Shown one piece after another: positions 36,792 through 45,909 of a stretch of 60,221 nt of DNA; positions within the stretch are counted from its first letter, which is position 1, and every line of letters begins with the position of its first letter. The stretch spans positions 1-60,221 of the forward strand of contig CAIOPG010000012.1 in the NCBI GenBank assembly GCA_903860135.1, in the 5' to 3' direction. This stretch comes from Candidatus Omnitrophota bacterium (GTDB lineage Bacteria; Omnitrophota; Gorgyraeia; Zapsychrales; Fredricksoniimonadaceae). The notes beneath the pieces were generated by a model that was not told the origin of the DNA, ran no database searches, and worked only from the letters and a program-made list of their open reading frames with translations. A program made the position numbers and the translations under genes.

Positions 36792-38944
36792 TCAAGATTT
36801 TTTCTACACCTATACGTCGTGAATTTATTTTCTTTGTTATTTTTCCTTTCTTTGTCTGGATGTTCGCTTTTTGGGGTTATCTTTCAGGTCAGCGATCGCT
36901 TGTGGTTGATGCTGTTTCGTATTACGAGCATATCGGCTTTTTTACTGATAATATTATTCGCGGTGTTTATCCGCTGTGGGAACCGTCCTGGTGCGATGGT
37001 TCTCCGTATAATTTCTTCCTGCGCCGTATCGGTGAGGCCAATCCCTTTTACTGGATTCCGGCAGTCCTGAAATTAATCGGCGTTCCCCAGGTGCATGCGT
37101 ATCTTGGCTTCCTTGCATTTTATTACTTCTTGGCCTTGACGGCTTTTTGGCTTATCGCACGTCTTTTGTTTGAGGATCGGCTTACAGCTGCGGGCGCATT
37201 TCTATTGCTGCTTTTCTCGGGGTGGGGAACCCAGCTTTTCTTTAATTACATTATTATTATTTTTGTTCCGCTGGTCTGGTTTTTTTATTTTCTTTTTGCT
37301 TTCTTCAGGGAAGGCAAGAAACATCAGTTCATCGGATGTTTTTTCACACTGGCGCTGGCACTCACAACGTATATTCCTTTCTTCTTCCTGACGATTGCCG
37401 GTTTATTTGTCCTTATGTTTGCCGTAATCTTTTATAAAGATGTCCTGCCTTCCTTCAAACAACTCCTTGGTTTTGTACGTCAGAACAAGTGCCTGGCTTT
37501 CTTATGTATATTATTCATTGCGGTGGCATGTTTACCTGCCGCGGATTTTTATCATGAATCAAAGAAGGGGGAATTTGTCCTGCCTGGCCGTCATGCCGAG
37601 ACGGATAGTTCTCCGGTTGTTGCTGTTGCCCTCAAGAGTGTTGTTGTTGGTGATCTTCTGGCCCAGGGATATTTCGACCGTACATTCATGGATCATGCCA
37701 GCCTTATCAGGGGAGAGTTTTTCATTTCCTATTTCTTTTTTCTGGCCTGCCTGATGACGTTCATTACTCCTTTGACGCGCAGAACAGGCTTTTTATTGAT
37801 CAATATTGTTATTTTGGGTTTGATCTCTTTGACCGAGGCCTCGCCTCTTTACAAGTTTCTTTACGACCATCTTTTCTTTTTTCGTATTATGCGGATGGTG
37901 TCTTATTTCTTCTGGTTGGCTGTATTACCGATGGCCGTCATTTTGGTCATGGATCAGGTGCGTGCGTTCATCAAGGATTATACTGGGCGTCGTCCGGTTT
38001 TATTTTTCGTTATCGCAGGGCACATTGCTTTTGCTGTCTGGGCATTGACACGTGAAGGCGCGGTGTGGACATCCGGGGTTGCTATCGTGTGTTCATTGAT
38101 TTTTTTTACGGCCATTCTGCTGGGGTGCCGGAACAAGAATTTTCTGCTTGTTGTTTTGATGCTGGGTGTTATTGTTCAGCCGTTTCAGCTAGCCGGATAT
38201 GTGGTGGGCAACGGAGAAATCCGGCGTGGCGAGATCGGACGGTATGATCCGTCTGTCCCCCGGGCTTTTGTGTACGGGCGGCCGTTTGTGCCATCGACGC
38301 ATGCGGCGCACAAGGATCCTTTTATCAGAAGCATCCAGGACGGGCTTTATTATGCCACGTCCTGGTTCGCTGATGTCTTCACACATGTTCCATCTGAAGA
38401 CAGGCTTGCGTTTACAGCCAATAAGCTATATCTCATCGATTCTACGGTTGCCTATGATGCGCCCGATGCGGCTTTCTATGGCCGCCTTGCGACGGCCTGG
38501 CGCGGTCAGATGAATGTCGCTTACCTCGCAAGGGCTGAAGTTTCTCCCGGCGCATTACGGCTTTCTTCGGGTACACCATCCAAAGCTGAACCTGTCGGAC
38601 CCGATCATCCCTATGTCAAAGTCCGTGCTTTTGATGTGAACACCGTGCGCTTAACAACTCAACTGGACCGCCCTCGATTCCTTTTATGGAATGACGGTTA
38701 TCATTCCGGTTGGCATGTTTATATTAACGGGCATGATGATCGTGTCTTGCGGGCTGATCATGCTTTTAAAGGCGTTTGGCTTCCAGCTGGTAAAAGTGAT
38801 GTGCTTTTTCGTTTTGCGACGCCCTGGCGCTATGCGGCGGGGTACGGACTTATTCTTCTTTTTGCTATCATTTTTGGTGTTGTTGTTTCTTATGCACGGC
38901 GTGAAGGTTTCTTGATCACCGGGGAGTGCTCCGATGGACAATAG
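36788..38944 (+). CDS. large polytopic membrane protein, YfhO-like GT-C glycosyltransferase candidate
   Basis: DAVSYYEHIGFFTDNIIRGVYPLWEPSWCDGSPY resembles the YfhO N-terminal loop motif. About 14 hydrophobic segments, a ~200-aa extracytoplasmic domain, and a terminal TM. Confidence 0.5.
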   Translation: MIKIFSTPIRREFIFFVIFPFFVWMFAFWGYLSGQRSLVVDAVSYYEHIGFFTDNIIRGVYPLWEPSWCDGSPYNFFLRRIGEANPFYWIPAVLKLIGVPQVHAYLGFLAFYYFLALTAFWLIARLLFEDRLTAAGAFLLLLFSGWGTQLFFNYIIIIFVPLVWFFYFLFAFFREGKKHQFIGCFFTLALALTTYIPFFFLTIAGLFVLMFAVIFYKDVLPSFKQLLGFVRQNKCLAFLCILFIAVACLPAADFYHESKKGEFVLPGRHAETDSSPVVAVALKSVVVGDLLAQGYFDRTFMDHASLIRGEFFISYFFFLACLMTFITPLTRRTGFLLINIVILGLISLTEASPLYKFLYDHLFFFRIMRMVSYFFWLAVLPMAVILVMDQVRAFIKDYTGRRPVLFFVIAGHIAFAVWALTREGAVWTSGVAIVCSLIFFTAILLGCRNKNFLLVVLMLGVIVQPFQLAGYVVGNGEIRRGEIGRYDPSVPRAFVYGRPFVPSTHAAHKDPFIRSIQDGLYYATSWFADVFTHVPSEDRLAFTANKLYLIDSTVAYDAPDAAFYGRLATAWRGQMNVAYLARAEVSPGALRLSSGTPSKAEPVGPDHPYVKVRAFDVNTVRLTTQLDRPRFLLWNDGYHSGWHVYINGHDDRVLRADHAFKGVWLPAGKSDVLFRFATPWRYAAGYGLILLFAIIFGVVVSYARREGFLITGECSDGQ

Positions 38945-39860
38945 AAAAATACTCCCTGCCATGCGATGGATATTTTCAAGGGTAGGTTTTGTTTATATTG
39001 GTTTGTTTGTTGGGCTGGCTTTTATTGTTGACGGCAAAGCGGCAGAATCGCGGGTTAAGATGCGGCGCCTAAATGATGCTAGGCCGCCCATGAACGAACT
39101 GGTGTCTTTGGCCAAAGGTGAAATTCAACCTAAGGACATCCATTGGAAACCATTGCGTCGATATTTTGAGCTTGTGCTGCGTTATATGCCTGACGAATGG
39201 ACAGCACGGATGTTTCAAGGCGTATGTGAGTATTATCAGGGTGATGCTGTCAAAGCACTCATTGATATGCGGTATTCAGCAGATGCGTTCCCCCCTCTTT
39301 TTTGGAATAGCTATAATGCGGCCATTCTGACTTTTCTGCAGGGGGATATGCACTTGACGCTTTTATACATTGAGCAGGCTATGCGGATGCCGCCGCAGGC
39401 CGCTGCCGTGGCGTTACGCTCATCTGTAATATACCGGCAGATCATGTCTTCGGGTAATTTTGATATTGATTCAGGTAAGAATATGGATTTAGCCCGTCAG
39501 GAATTGGCGTTCTTGAGTGTCGCCGCGTATTATTATGCCAAAGATTTTGCGCAATCTCGCACCTGCGCGATGCAGGTTATTGGTACGCCAGGCCGTGATG
39601 AAGCCAAAGAGCCGTTTTATTTTTATGCTGGTGTTGCCAGTCTTGCCTTGGGGGATACCGCCGGGGCGTTATCATTTTTGGGGCATTGCATCAAGTTAAG
39701 ATCCCGCAATCCGTTGGTTTATCGTTACGCAGGTGACATGCTATCTTCTGCCGGGAAGCTTGAAGAAGGGCATGAATGGCAGCGTACAGCGGATATTTTG
39801 CAGAAAGAAAATCCTTCGGGATTTCCTTATGCTGATCGTCTTCGGCTGAGATTTATGTGA
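38934..39860 (+). CDS. membrane-anchored TPR-like protein
   Basis: N-terminal TM segment (VGFVYIGLFVGLAFIV), then helical-repeat-like sequence (FYFYAGVASLALGDTAGALSFLGHCIKL...). Overlaps the upstream gene by 11 nt. Confidence 0.5.
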   Translation: MDNRKILPAMRWIFSRVGFVYIGLFVGLAFIVDGKAAESRVKMRRLNDARPPMNELVSLAKGEIQPKDIHWKPLRRYFELVLRYMPDEWTARMFQGVCEYYQGDAVKALIDMRYSADAFPPLFWNSYNAAILTFLQGDMHLTLLYIEQAMRMPPQAAAVALRSSVIYRQIMSSGNFDIDSGKNMDLARQELAFLSVAAYYYAKDFAQSRTCAMQVIGTPGRDEAKEPFYFYAGVASLALGDTAGALSFLGHCIKLRSRNPLVYRYAGDMLSSAGKLEEGHEWQRTADILQKENPSGFPYADRLRLRFM

Positions 39861-39944
39861 CCTAAAAATGTTTTTACGACATTTTGCTTTTCAAGTCGTT
39901 CATTTTCTGTATAATTAAAAGTCTTTATAAATAATATTTTTTAT

Positions 39945-40018
39945 CGGGGCGTAGCGCAGCTGGCTAGCGCACTTGAATGGGGTTCAAGAGGTCGTGGGTT
40001 CAAATCTCACCGCTCCGA
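39945..40018 (+). tRNA. tRNA-Pro (anticodon GGG)
   Basis: Manual fold. Acceptor CGGGGCG/CGCTCCG, D arm GCGC-AGCTGGCTA-GCGC, anticodon arm CTTGA-ATGGGGT-TCAAG, T arm GTGGG-TTCAAAT-CTCAC. CCA is not encoded. Confidence 0.85.
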
Positions 40019-40101
40019 TTTTATATTTAGTCTGGTTTCTTCAATTCGTATTATCGCGAAATAACGGCTAATGCACAATCCAGGTTTAAGGTAAAAGGAG
40101 G

Positions 40102-40485
40102 ATGTTCCCAATGTCTCCAGACAAGAAATCTGTGAATGAGCGCCGTTTATATGTACGCATTAACAAAAACTTCATTATCCGTTTCTGTCAGAAAGATAAT
40201 TCGATATTAAAATTTGAAGTTTCACAGATTGAAAATATCAGCCGCACGGGGATTTGCTTTACATCAAACAGCTTTTTGGAACCTGGGTGTAATATCTATT
40301 TAGAGCTTCGGACGCCGTATGTGACAGATATGATCTCCCTTGAAGGGCAAGTGCTGGATTCTCATGAGAAGGTAAAAGGCCTTATTTATCAAAATCGCTT
40401 GAAGTTTTTTAATATCTCTTCAGAAGCAGCCGATATCCTTGAAAAGATCGAGAATTATAATCATAACCGGACTGACTATCCATGA
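40102..40485 (+). CDS. PilZ domain protein (putative c-di-GMP receptor)
   Basis: RRLYVR (RxxxR) and NISRTGICF (D/NxSxxG) motifs at PilZ spacing. AGGAGG RBS. ATGA overlap with hom. Confidence 0.7.
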   Translation: MFPMSPDKKSVNERRLYVRINKNFIIRFCQKDNSILKFEVSQIENISRTGICFTSNSFLEPGCNIYLELRTPYVTDMISLEGQVLDSHEKVKGLIYQNRLKFFNISSEAADILEKIENYNHNRTDYP

Positions 40486-41777
40486 AAAACATTACAATCG
40501 GTCTTGTGGGCTTGGGGACGGTGGGGCGGGGTGTTGCGAAGCTTATTACAGCCAGACGTTCATTCGTTCAGGAAAAGTACGGTGTGGATCTCAGGCTGAA
40601 GGCTGTTTGCGATTTGCAGATCGATGCTAAATTCCTTAAGACGCTCGGCGGCGTTACCGCAGAGAAAGATTTCAACAAATTGATCAACGATCCTCAGATC
40701 GATGTGATTATTGAGCTTATCGGCGGCCTTCATCCGGCACTTGAGATCATCAAGGGGGCGCTTAATAATGGCAAGCATGTGGTCACTGCAAATAAGGCGG
40801 TGATCTCCACATTCGGTCAGGAACTTTTTAAACTGGCGCATGCCTGTGGCCGCAGTATTTATTTTGAGACGGCGGTGCTCGCTGGCGTGCCGATCATTAA
40901 AACGCTAACAGAAGGCCTGGCGGGCAATCATTACAACAGCTTGCATGGCATTGTTAACGGCACATGTAATTACATATTAAGTGAAATGGAGTCAACGGGC
41001 ATTTCTTTTGACCAGGCTGTGAAACTGGCTCAGGAGAAGGGCTATGCGGAAGCGGATCCTTCGCTTGACATTAATGGGAAAGATTCAGCCCATAAACTGG
41101 CTGTGCTGGTGATGCTCGCCATGGGCAAATTTGTGAAGGCTTCGGATATTTATACCGAAGGGATCACGCACATTGCCGCTGAAGACCTTCAGTATGCCCG
41201 CGAGATGGACCTGACGATCAAGTTGCTGGCGATCGCCAAGAAAAAAGAAGACGGGATCGAGGCCCGGGTTCACCCGACGCTGATCTCGAGGAAGAAATCC
41301 TTGGCTTCTGTCAACGGTGTTTATAATGCGGTGCTCCTGGAGGCTGATGTGCTCGGCGATGTCCTTCTTGTCGGGCAAGGGGCGGGGGCGATGGCTGCCG
41401 CTTCAGGTGTTTTTAGTGATCTGATCAATCTGGGCATTCATAATGCCGAGCGTGACCGTACCTGGATCGGTGATGACCCTAGGGAAACGACCAAGCTCAA
41501 ACTTCTTTCCATGGATAAGGTCCGTACTGATTTTTATATCCGTCTGATGGTCATTGACCGTCCGGGTGTTTTGTCGAAAATAACTGGGATCTTAGGGCAG
41601 TATGGGATCAGCATTGCTTCGCTCACCCAAAAAGCCGTCAGTCCCGGCGCTGCCGTACCATTGGTCATGCTCACGCATAATGCCCAGGAATCTGACGTCC
41701 GCAAGGCATTGGACAAGATCGGGAAACTCTCTGACATTAAGGCCAAGCCTGTTGTTATCCGGATGGAGCCTTTGTAA
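40482..41777 (+). CDS. hom: homoserine dehydrogenase
   Basis: [15 protein letters not shown]-binding start, central catalytic domain ([11 protein letters not shown]), and C-terminal ACT domain. Confidence 0.9.
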   Translation: MKNITIGLVGLGTVGRGVAKLITARRSFVQEKYGVDLRLKAVCDLQIDAKFLKTLGGVTAEKDFNKLINDPQIDVIIELIGGLHPALEIIKGALNNGKHVVTANKAVISTFGQELFKLAHACGRSIYFETAVLAGVPIIKTLTEGLAGNHYNSLHGIVNGTCNYILSEMESTGISFDQAVKLAQEKGYAEADPSLDINGKDSAHKLAVLVMLAMGKFVKASDIYTEGITHIAAEDLQYAREMDLTIKLLAIAKKKEDGIEARVHPTLISRKKSLASVNGVYNAVLLEADVLGDVLLVGQGAGAMAAASGVFSDLINLGIHNAERDRTWIGDDPRETTKLKLLSMDKVRTDFYIRLMVIDRPGVLSKITGILGQYGISIASLTQKAVSPGAAVPLVMLTHNAQESDVRKALDKIGKLSDIKAKPVVIRMEPL

Positions 41778-41778
41778 T

Positions 41779-42849
41779 ATGGCCGCCCAAGACCGTATGT
41801 ACCAGGGGTTGATCCATCGTTACCGGGCGTATCTTCCTGTTTCTGAGAAAACACCTGTTGTTTCCCTGAGTGAAGGCAATACGCCGCTCATTCATTCAGC
41901 TTGTTTGTCCGAGCGGACAGGGCTTGTGGTCTTTTTGAAATATGAGGGATTAAATCCTACGGGTTCTTTTAAGGATCGCGGGATGACCATGGCCATATCG
42001 AAGGCCGCCGAGAAAGGCGCTAAAGTAGTCATGTGCGCGTCGACGGGGAACACGTCCGCTTCGGCAGCGGCTTATGCCTCGCGGGCCGGGATGCGTTGCT
42101 GTGTGCTTATTCCTGACGGGAATATCGCCTTGGGAAAACTTGCCCAGGCCATGATCCATCAGGCCCAGGTGATCGCGATCGAGGGCAATTTCGACGATGC
42201 CTTGAATCTTGTCCGGGATGTCACGGCTAAATACCCCATTGAACTTGTGAATTCGATTAATCCTTACCGCATTGAAGGCCAAAAGACCGCTGCTTTTGAA
42301 GTGGTTGATGACCTCGGTGAGGCGCCGGTTTTTCATGCTATCCCTGTCGGTAACGCCGGGAATATCACGGCTTACTGGAAAGGTTATAAAGAGTACAAGA
42401 TCGCTGGCAAGTCTGTGCGTTTGCCCAAAATGCTCGGTTTTCAGGCGGCAGGATCGGCGCCGATCGTTCACAACAGGATCATCGAACATCCGGAAACGAT
42501 CGCCACGGCCATCAAGATCGGTAATCCTGCCAGCTGGGCATCGGCGGTAGCGGCACGCGATGAATCGGGCGGACTTATTGATAGCGTGACCGATGAAGAG
42601 ATCATGGCGGCGTATCAGTTACTGGCTGGTCGTGACGGGGTTTTTTGTGAGCCGGCGTCCGCGGCATCTGTGGCGGGGATATTGAAACTTGCGGCGGCGG
42701 GTTATTTTAAAAATGCTCAAGGAGGGACGGTTGTCTGCACCTTGACCGGACACGGGCTTAAGGATCCTTCGAATGCCATGAAGTGCGTCCAGCCGCCTGT
42801 TGTCGTTAAGGCGGACATTAATGCCATCCTCAAAGAAATTGGGCTTTAA
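41779..42849 (+). CDS. thrC: threonine synthase
   Basis: LSEGNTPL and [10 protein letters not shown] (PLP lysine). The ATG lies 1 nt after the hom stop. The track start at 41602 lies inside hom. Confidence 0.9.
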   Translation: MAAQDRMYQGLIHRYRAYLPVSEKTPVVSLSEGNTPLIHSACLSERTGLVVFLKYEGLNPTGSFKDRGMTMAISKAAEKGAKVVMCASTGNTSASAAAYASRAGMRCCVLIPDGNIALGKLAQAMIHQAQVIAIEGNFDDALNLVRDVTAKYPIELVNSINPYRIEGQKTAAFEVVDDLGEAPVFHAIPVGNAGNITAYWKGYKEYKIAGKSVRLPKMLGFQAAGSAPIVHNRIIEHPETIATAIKIGNPASWASAVAARDESGGLIDSVTDEEIMAAYQLLAGRDGVFCEPASAASVAGILKLAAAGYFKNAQGGTVVCTLTGHGLKDPSNAMKCVQPPVVVKADINAILKEIGL

Positions 42850-43483
42850 AAATCTTCGTGTCCTTGTCACCAGCGGTCCGACGGCAGTGCCTGTTGACGG
42901 GATGCGCGTCATTACCAATCGTTCCACCGGTGAGATGGGGCGCCTTATCGCCGGAGAATTCGTCGTTCAAGGTGCGCGTGTTACCCTGCTCGAAGGGGTA
43001 GCTGTTACAACCACGGTGTCACTTGCCTCGGGTATTTCCCATAAAAAGTTTTTTTTCTACGATGAATTGGCCCGTTTGCTTGATCTGGAGCTCGCGCGCG
43101 GGTATGATATTGTTATCCATGCGGCGGCCGTGTCTGATTATAAATTAGCTACGGTAATCAAGGGGAAGCTGGTGTCAGGCAAGGCCTTGACCCTGGATCT
43201 GGTGCCGACGAAAAAACTTGTTGATCAGATCAAAAAGAAAGCACCTGATGTTATTTTAGTGGGGTTCAAGCTGGAGACACAACTGGCGCGTGCGTTCATT
43301 TTAAGGCGGGTTGATAGCCTTTTCAAAAAGGCGGGTTGCGATCTTGTTGTGGGCAATACCCTTAACGCCGGGCGTTATCAAGCTTGCCTGATCGAGCCTT
43401 CAGGCCGTGTTTCTCCCAAAGTTGCGTCCAAAGATATGCTTGTCAAAAGTCTGGTTGCCTGGATTGACCACAAAATATCATGA
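42821..43483 (+). CDS. coaB: phosphopantothenate-cysteine ligase domain protein (stand-alone CoaB)
   Basis: [27 protein letters not shown] and HAAAVSDYK align with the C-terminal (CoaB) half of Dfp/CoaBC. No flavoprotein (CoaC) half is attached. Start is uncertain. Confidence 0.7.
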   Translation: MPSSKKLGFKNLRVLVTSGPTAVPVDGMRVITNRSTGEMGRLIAGEFVVQGARVTLLEGVAVTTTVSLASGISHKKFFFYDELARLLDLELARGYDIVIHAAAVSDYKLATVIKGKLVSGKALTLDLVPTKKLVDQIKKKAPDVILVGFKLETQLARAFILRRVDSLFKKAGCDLVVGNTLNAGRYQACLIEPSGRVSPKVASKDMLVKSLVAWIDHKIS

Positions 43484-44685
43484 AATACATTATCCTTGTT
43501 CCTGACGGAGTGGCTGATGAGCCGGTGCAAGAGCTCGGCGGAAAGACACCGCTTGAGGCCGCGCGCACTCCTCATATGGATGCCATGGCCCGCGAAGGCT
43601 TTTCGGCACTGGTGCAGACGATCCCCGAGGGAATGCCGCCTGGCTCGGATGTGGGCAACCTGGCGCTCATGGGGTATGACCCCTGCGGGGTGTTGACGGG
43701 GCGGGCGCCCCTTGAAGCGGCCAATCTTGGGATCGAGATCAACAGCGGAGAAATAGCTTTTCGTTGCAATCTGATCACCGTGATTGATGGTAAAATGATC
43801 GATTACAGCGCCGGGCACATCACCATGGATGAAGCGGCCTGGATCATGAAGGATCTTGCCCTTGCCTTGAATGATCCTCATGTGACATACTTTACAGGTA
43901 AAAGTTATCGCCATATTGCGCGTATTGTTGCGTCGGACGTTGGGGCAATGGAAGCGCTTGCCTGCACGCCGCCGCATGATATCCTTGGACGGCAGATCGC
44001 GGATCATCTGCCGTCTGGTACAGCGCAGGAGCTTATCCGGGATCACATGGAACGGTCGCGCGCTTTTCTGGCCACACATCCGGTCAATAGTGCCCGTGTT
44101 AAGTCCGGAAAACTTCCGGCCAATATGACATGGTTTTGGGGGCAGGGGCGCAGGCCTGCGCTCAAATTGTACCGGGATAAGTTCGGGCTCAGTGGCAGTA
44201 TCATTTCGGCGGTGGATCTCGTTAACGGGATCGGGCGCCTGGCGGGACTTGATGTTATCACGGTACCCGGTGTGACAGGGTATCTCGATACGAACTTTCG
44301 AGGCAAAGCGGATTATGCCCTGGCGTCACTGGCACAGCATGATTTTGTATTTGTTCATGTCGAGGCCACAGATGAGGCCGGTCATAATGGCGACCCGGCG
44401 GCTAAAGTCGAGGCGGTTGAACGGTTTGATGCCGACGTGGTAGGACCTGTTTTAGCATGGGCCAAAGCCCGCGGCGATGTGAGGATCCTGATAGCGCCTG
44501 ACCATGCTACACCTTTGGGCAAGCGGACCCATACCCGCGCCGCGGTGCCGTTTGTGATGTATGGAAAAGGTATTGAATCCAACGGCCTTGACGGGTACAA
44601 TGAAATTTTCGCCGCGCGTGCCGGGCTCAGATTTGCCAGCGGCGAAGCCATGGTGCAATTTTTTACAGGGAATATAAACGTATGA
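43480..44685 (+). CDS. cofactor-independent phosphoglycerate mutase (ApgM) family protein; by context a 'proposed homoserine kinase'
   Basis: [15 protein letters not shown] start and the metalloenzyme-superfamily pattern (FVHVEATDEAGH, APDHATP). Embedded between thrC and lysC with overlapping stops and starts. Confidence 0.75.
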   Translation: MKYIILVPDGVADEPVQELGGKTPLEAARTPHMDAMAREGFSALVQTIPEGMPPGSDVGNLALMGYDPCGVLTGRAPLEAANLGIEINSGEIAFRCNLITVIDGKMIDYSAGHITMDEAAWIMKDLALALNDPHVTYFTGKSYRHIARIVASDVGAMEALACTPPHDILGRQIADHLPSGTAQELIRDHMERSRAFLATHPVNSARVKSGKLPANMTWFWGQGRRPALKLYRDKFGLSGSIISAVDLVNGIGRLAGLDVITVPGVTGYLDTNFRGKADYALASLAQHDFVFVHVEATDEAGHNGDPAAKVEAVERFDADVVGPVLAWAKARGDVRILIAPDHATPLGKRTHTRAAVPFVMYGKGIESNGLDGYNEIFAARAGLRFASGEAMVQFFTGNINV

Positions 44686-45908
44686 AAAGAAAGATCATTG
44701 TTCAGAAGTACGGCGGTTCATCCGTCGCTAATGTTGAGCGCATCAAGGCTGTGGCCGAGCGCGTGACGTCATACAAGAACAAAGGGACGGATGTTGCGGT
44801 CGTGGTGTCAGCGATGGCCGATACGACCGACGACCTGGAAACCCTGGCTTTTCAGATAACCAAGAATCCGGCTGCCCGCGAAATGGACCTTCTTTTATCG
44901 ACGGGTGAGCAGATCAGTTGCGCGTTATTGGCCATGGCGGTGCGTGAGATGGGCTTTGATTCCGTGGCCCTCACCGGTTATCAGGTCGGTGTGCGGACAG
45001 ACAATACGCATCAGAAAGCCCGGGTTGAATTTATTGATGACAAGCGCATTAAAAAGGCTTTCAAGGAAGGCAAGATCGTGATCATGGCCGGGTATCAGGG
45101 CGTTACGTCGGACAATGAGATCACGACGCTCGGCCGCGGCGGTTCGGATCTTTCCGCGGTTGCGCTGGCCAAAGCGATCGGGGCCAGTGTCTGTGAAATT
45201 TATACGGATGTCAACGGGATCTACACCACAGACCCGCGCCTTGTCCCTGAAGCGCAGAAGCTCGATGAGATCACCTTCGACGAGATGCTTGAGATGGCGT
45301 CTCTCGGCGCCCAGGTCATGCAGGCGCGTTCGATTGAAGTGGCCAGACGATTTAATATCCCATTACATGTCCGTTCGAGTTATTCCAAGGAGGAAGGCAC
45401 CATGATCGTGAAAAACACACAAAAGATCGAGGACGTTGCTGTAAGGGGCGTTACCTGCAGTAAAAATGAAGCCAAGATCACGGTTTGCGCGGTTCCCGAC
45501 AAGCCGGGTGTTTCTGCGGAAATTTTCAATGCTATCGCGCGAGCCGGCGTTAATGTTGATGTGATCGTCCAGAATGTCAGCCACACCAACAAGACCGATA
45601 TTTCTTTCACCGTACCCAAGGCCGACCTGTCCAAAGCCCTCAAAGCGGTCGAGGATGTTGCCGCCAGGGTTGGAGCGGGAAGCATTCTTCATGAGAAGAA
45701 TGTGGCCCGTGTATCTATTGTCGGATCCGGCATGCGCTCCCATCAGGGAACGGCAGCGAAAATGTTCCAGGCCCTGGCCGAAGCCAAGATCAATATCGGG
45801 ATGATCGCCACGTCCGAGATCAGCATTTCGTGTATCATCGCCCTCGATAAAGCGGATGCGGCCGTCAAGGTGCTGCACAAGGGGTTCAATCTCGGGAAGG
45901 CAAAATAA
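44682..45908 (+). CDS. lysC: aspartate kinase
   Basis: VQKYGGSSV start, GRGGSD, and tandem C-terminal ACT domains. Confidence 0.9.
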   Translation: MKRKIIVQKYGGSSVANVERIKAVAERVTSYKNKGTDVAVVVSAMADTTDDLETLAFQITKNPAAREMDLLLSTGEQISCALLAMAVREMGFDSVALTGYQVGVRTDNTHQKARVEFIDDKRIKKAFKEGKIVIMAGYQGVTSDNEITTLGRGGSDLSAVALAKAIGASVCEIYTDVNGIYTTDPRLVPEAQKLDEITFDEMLEMASLGAQVMQARSIEVARRFNIPLHVRSSYSKEEGTMIVKNTQKIEDVAVRGVTCSKNEAKITVCAVPDKPGVSAEIFNAIARAGVNVDVIVQNVSHTNKTDISFTVPKADLSKALKAVEDVAARVGAGSILHEKNVARVSIVGSGMRSHQGTAAKMFQALAEAKINIGMIATSEISISCIIALDKADAAVKVLHKGFNLGKAK

Positions 45909-45909
45909 A

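Noticed and set aside
39865-39885. An AT-rich 7-bp hairpin (AAAATGT/ACATTTT) after the TPR gene, considered as a terminator.
   Set aside because: The stem is short and entirely weak pairs, and the T-tract is interrupted. Support is insufficient.
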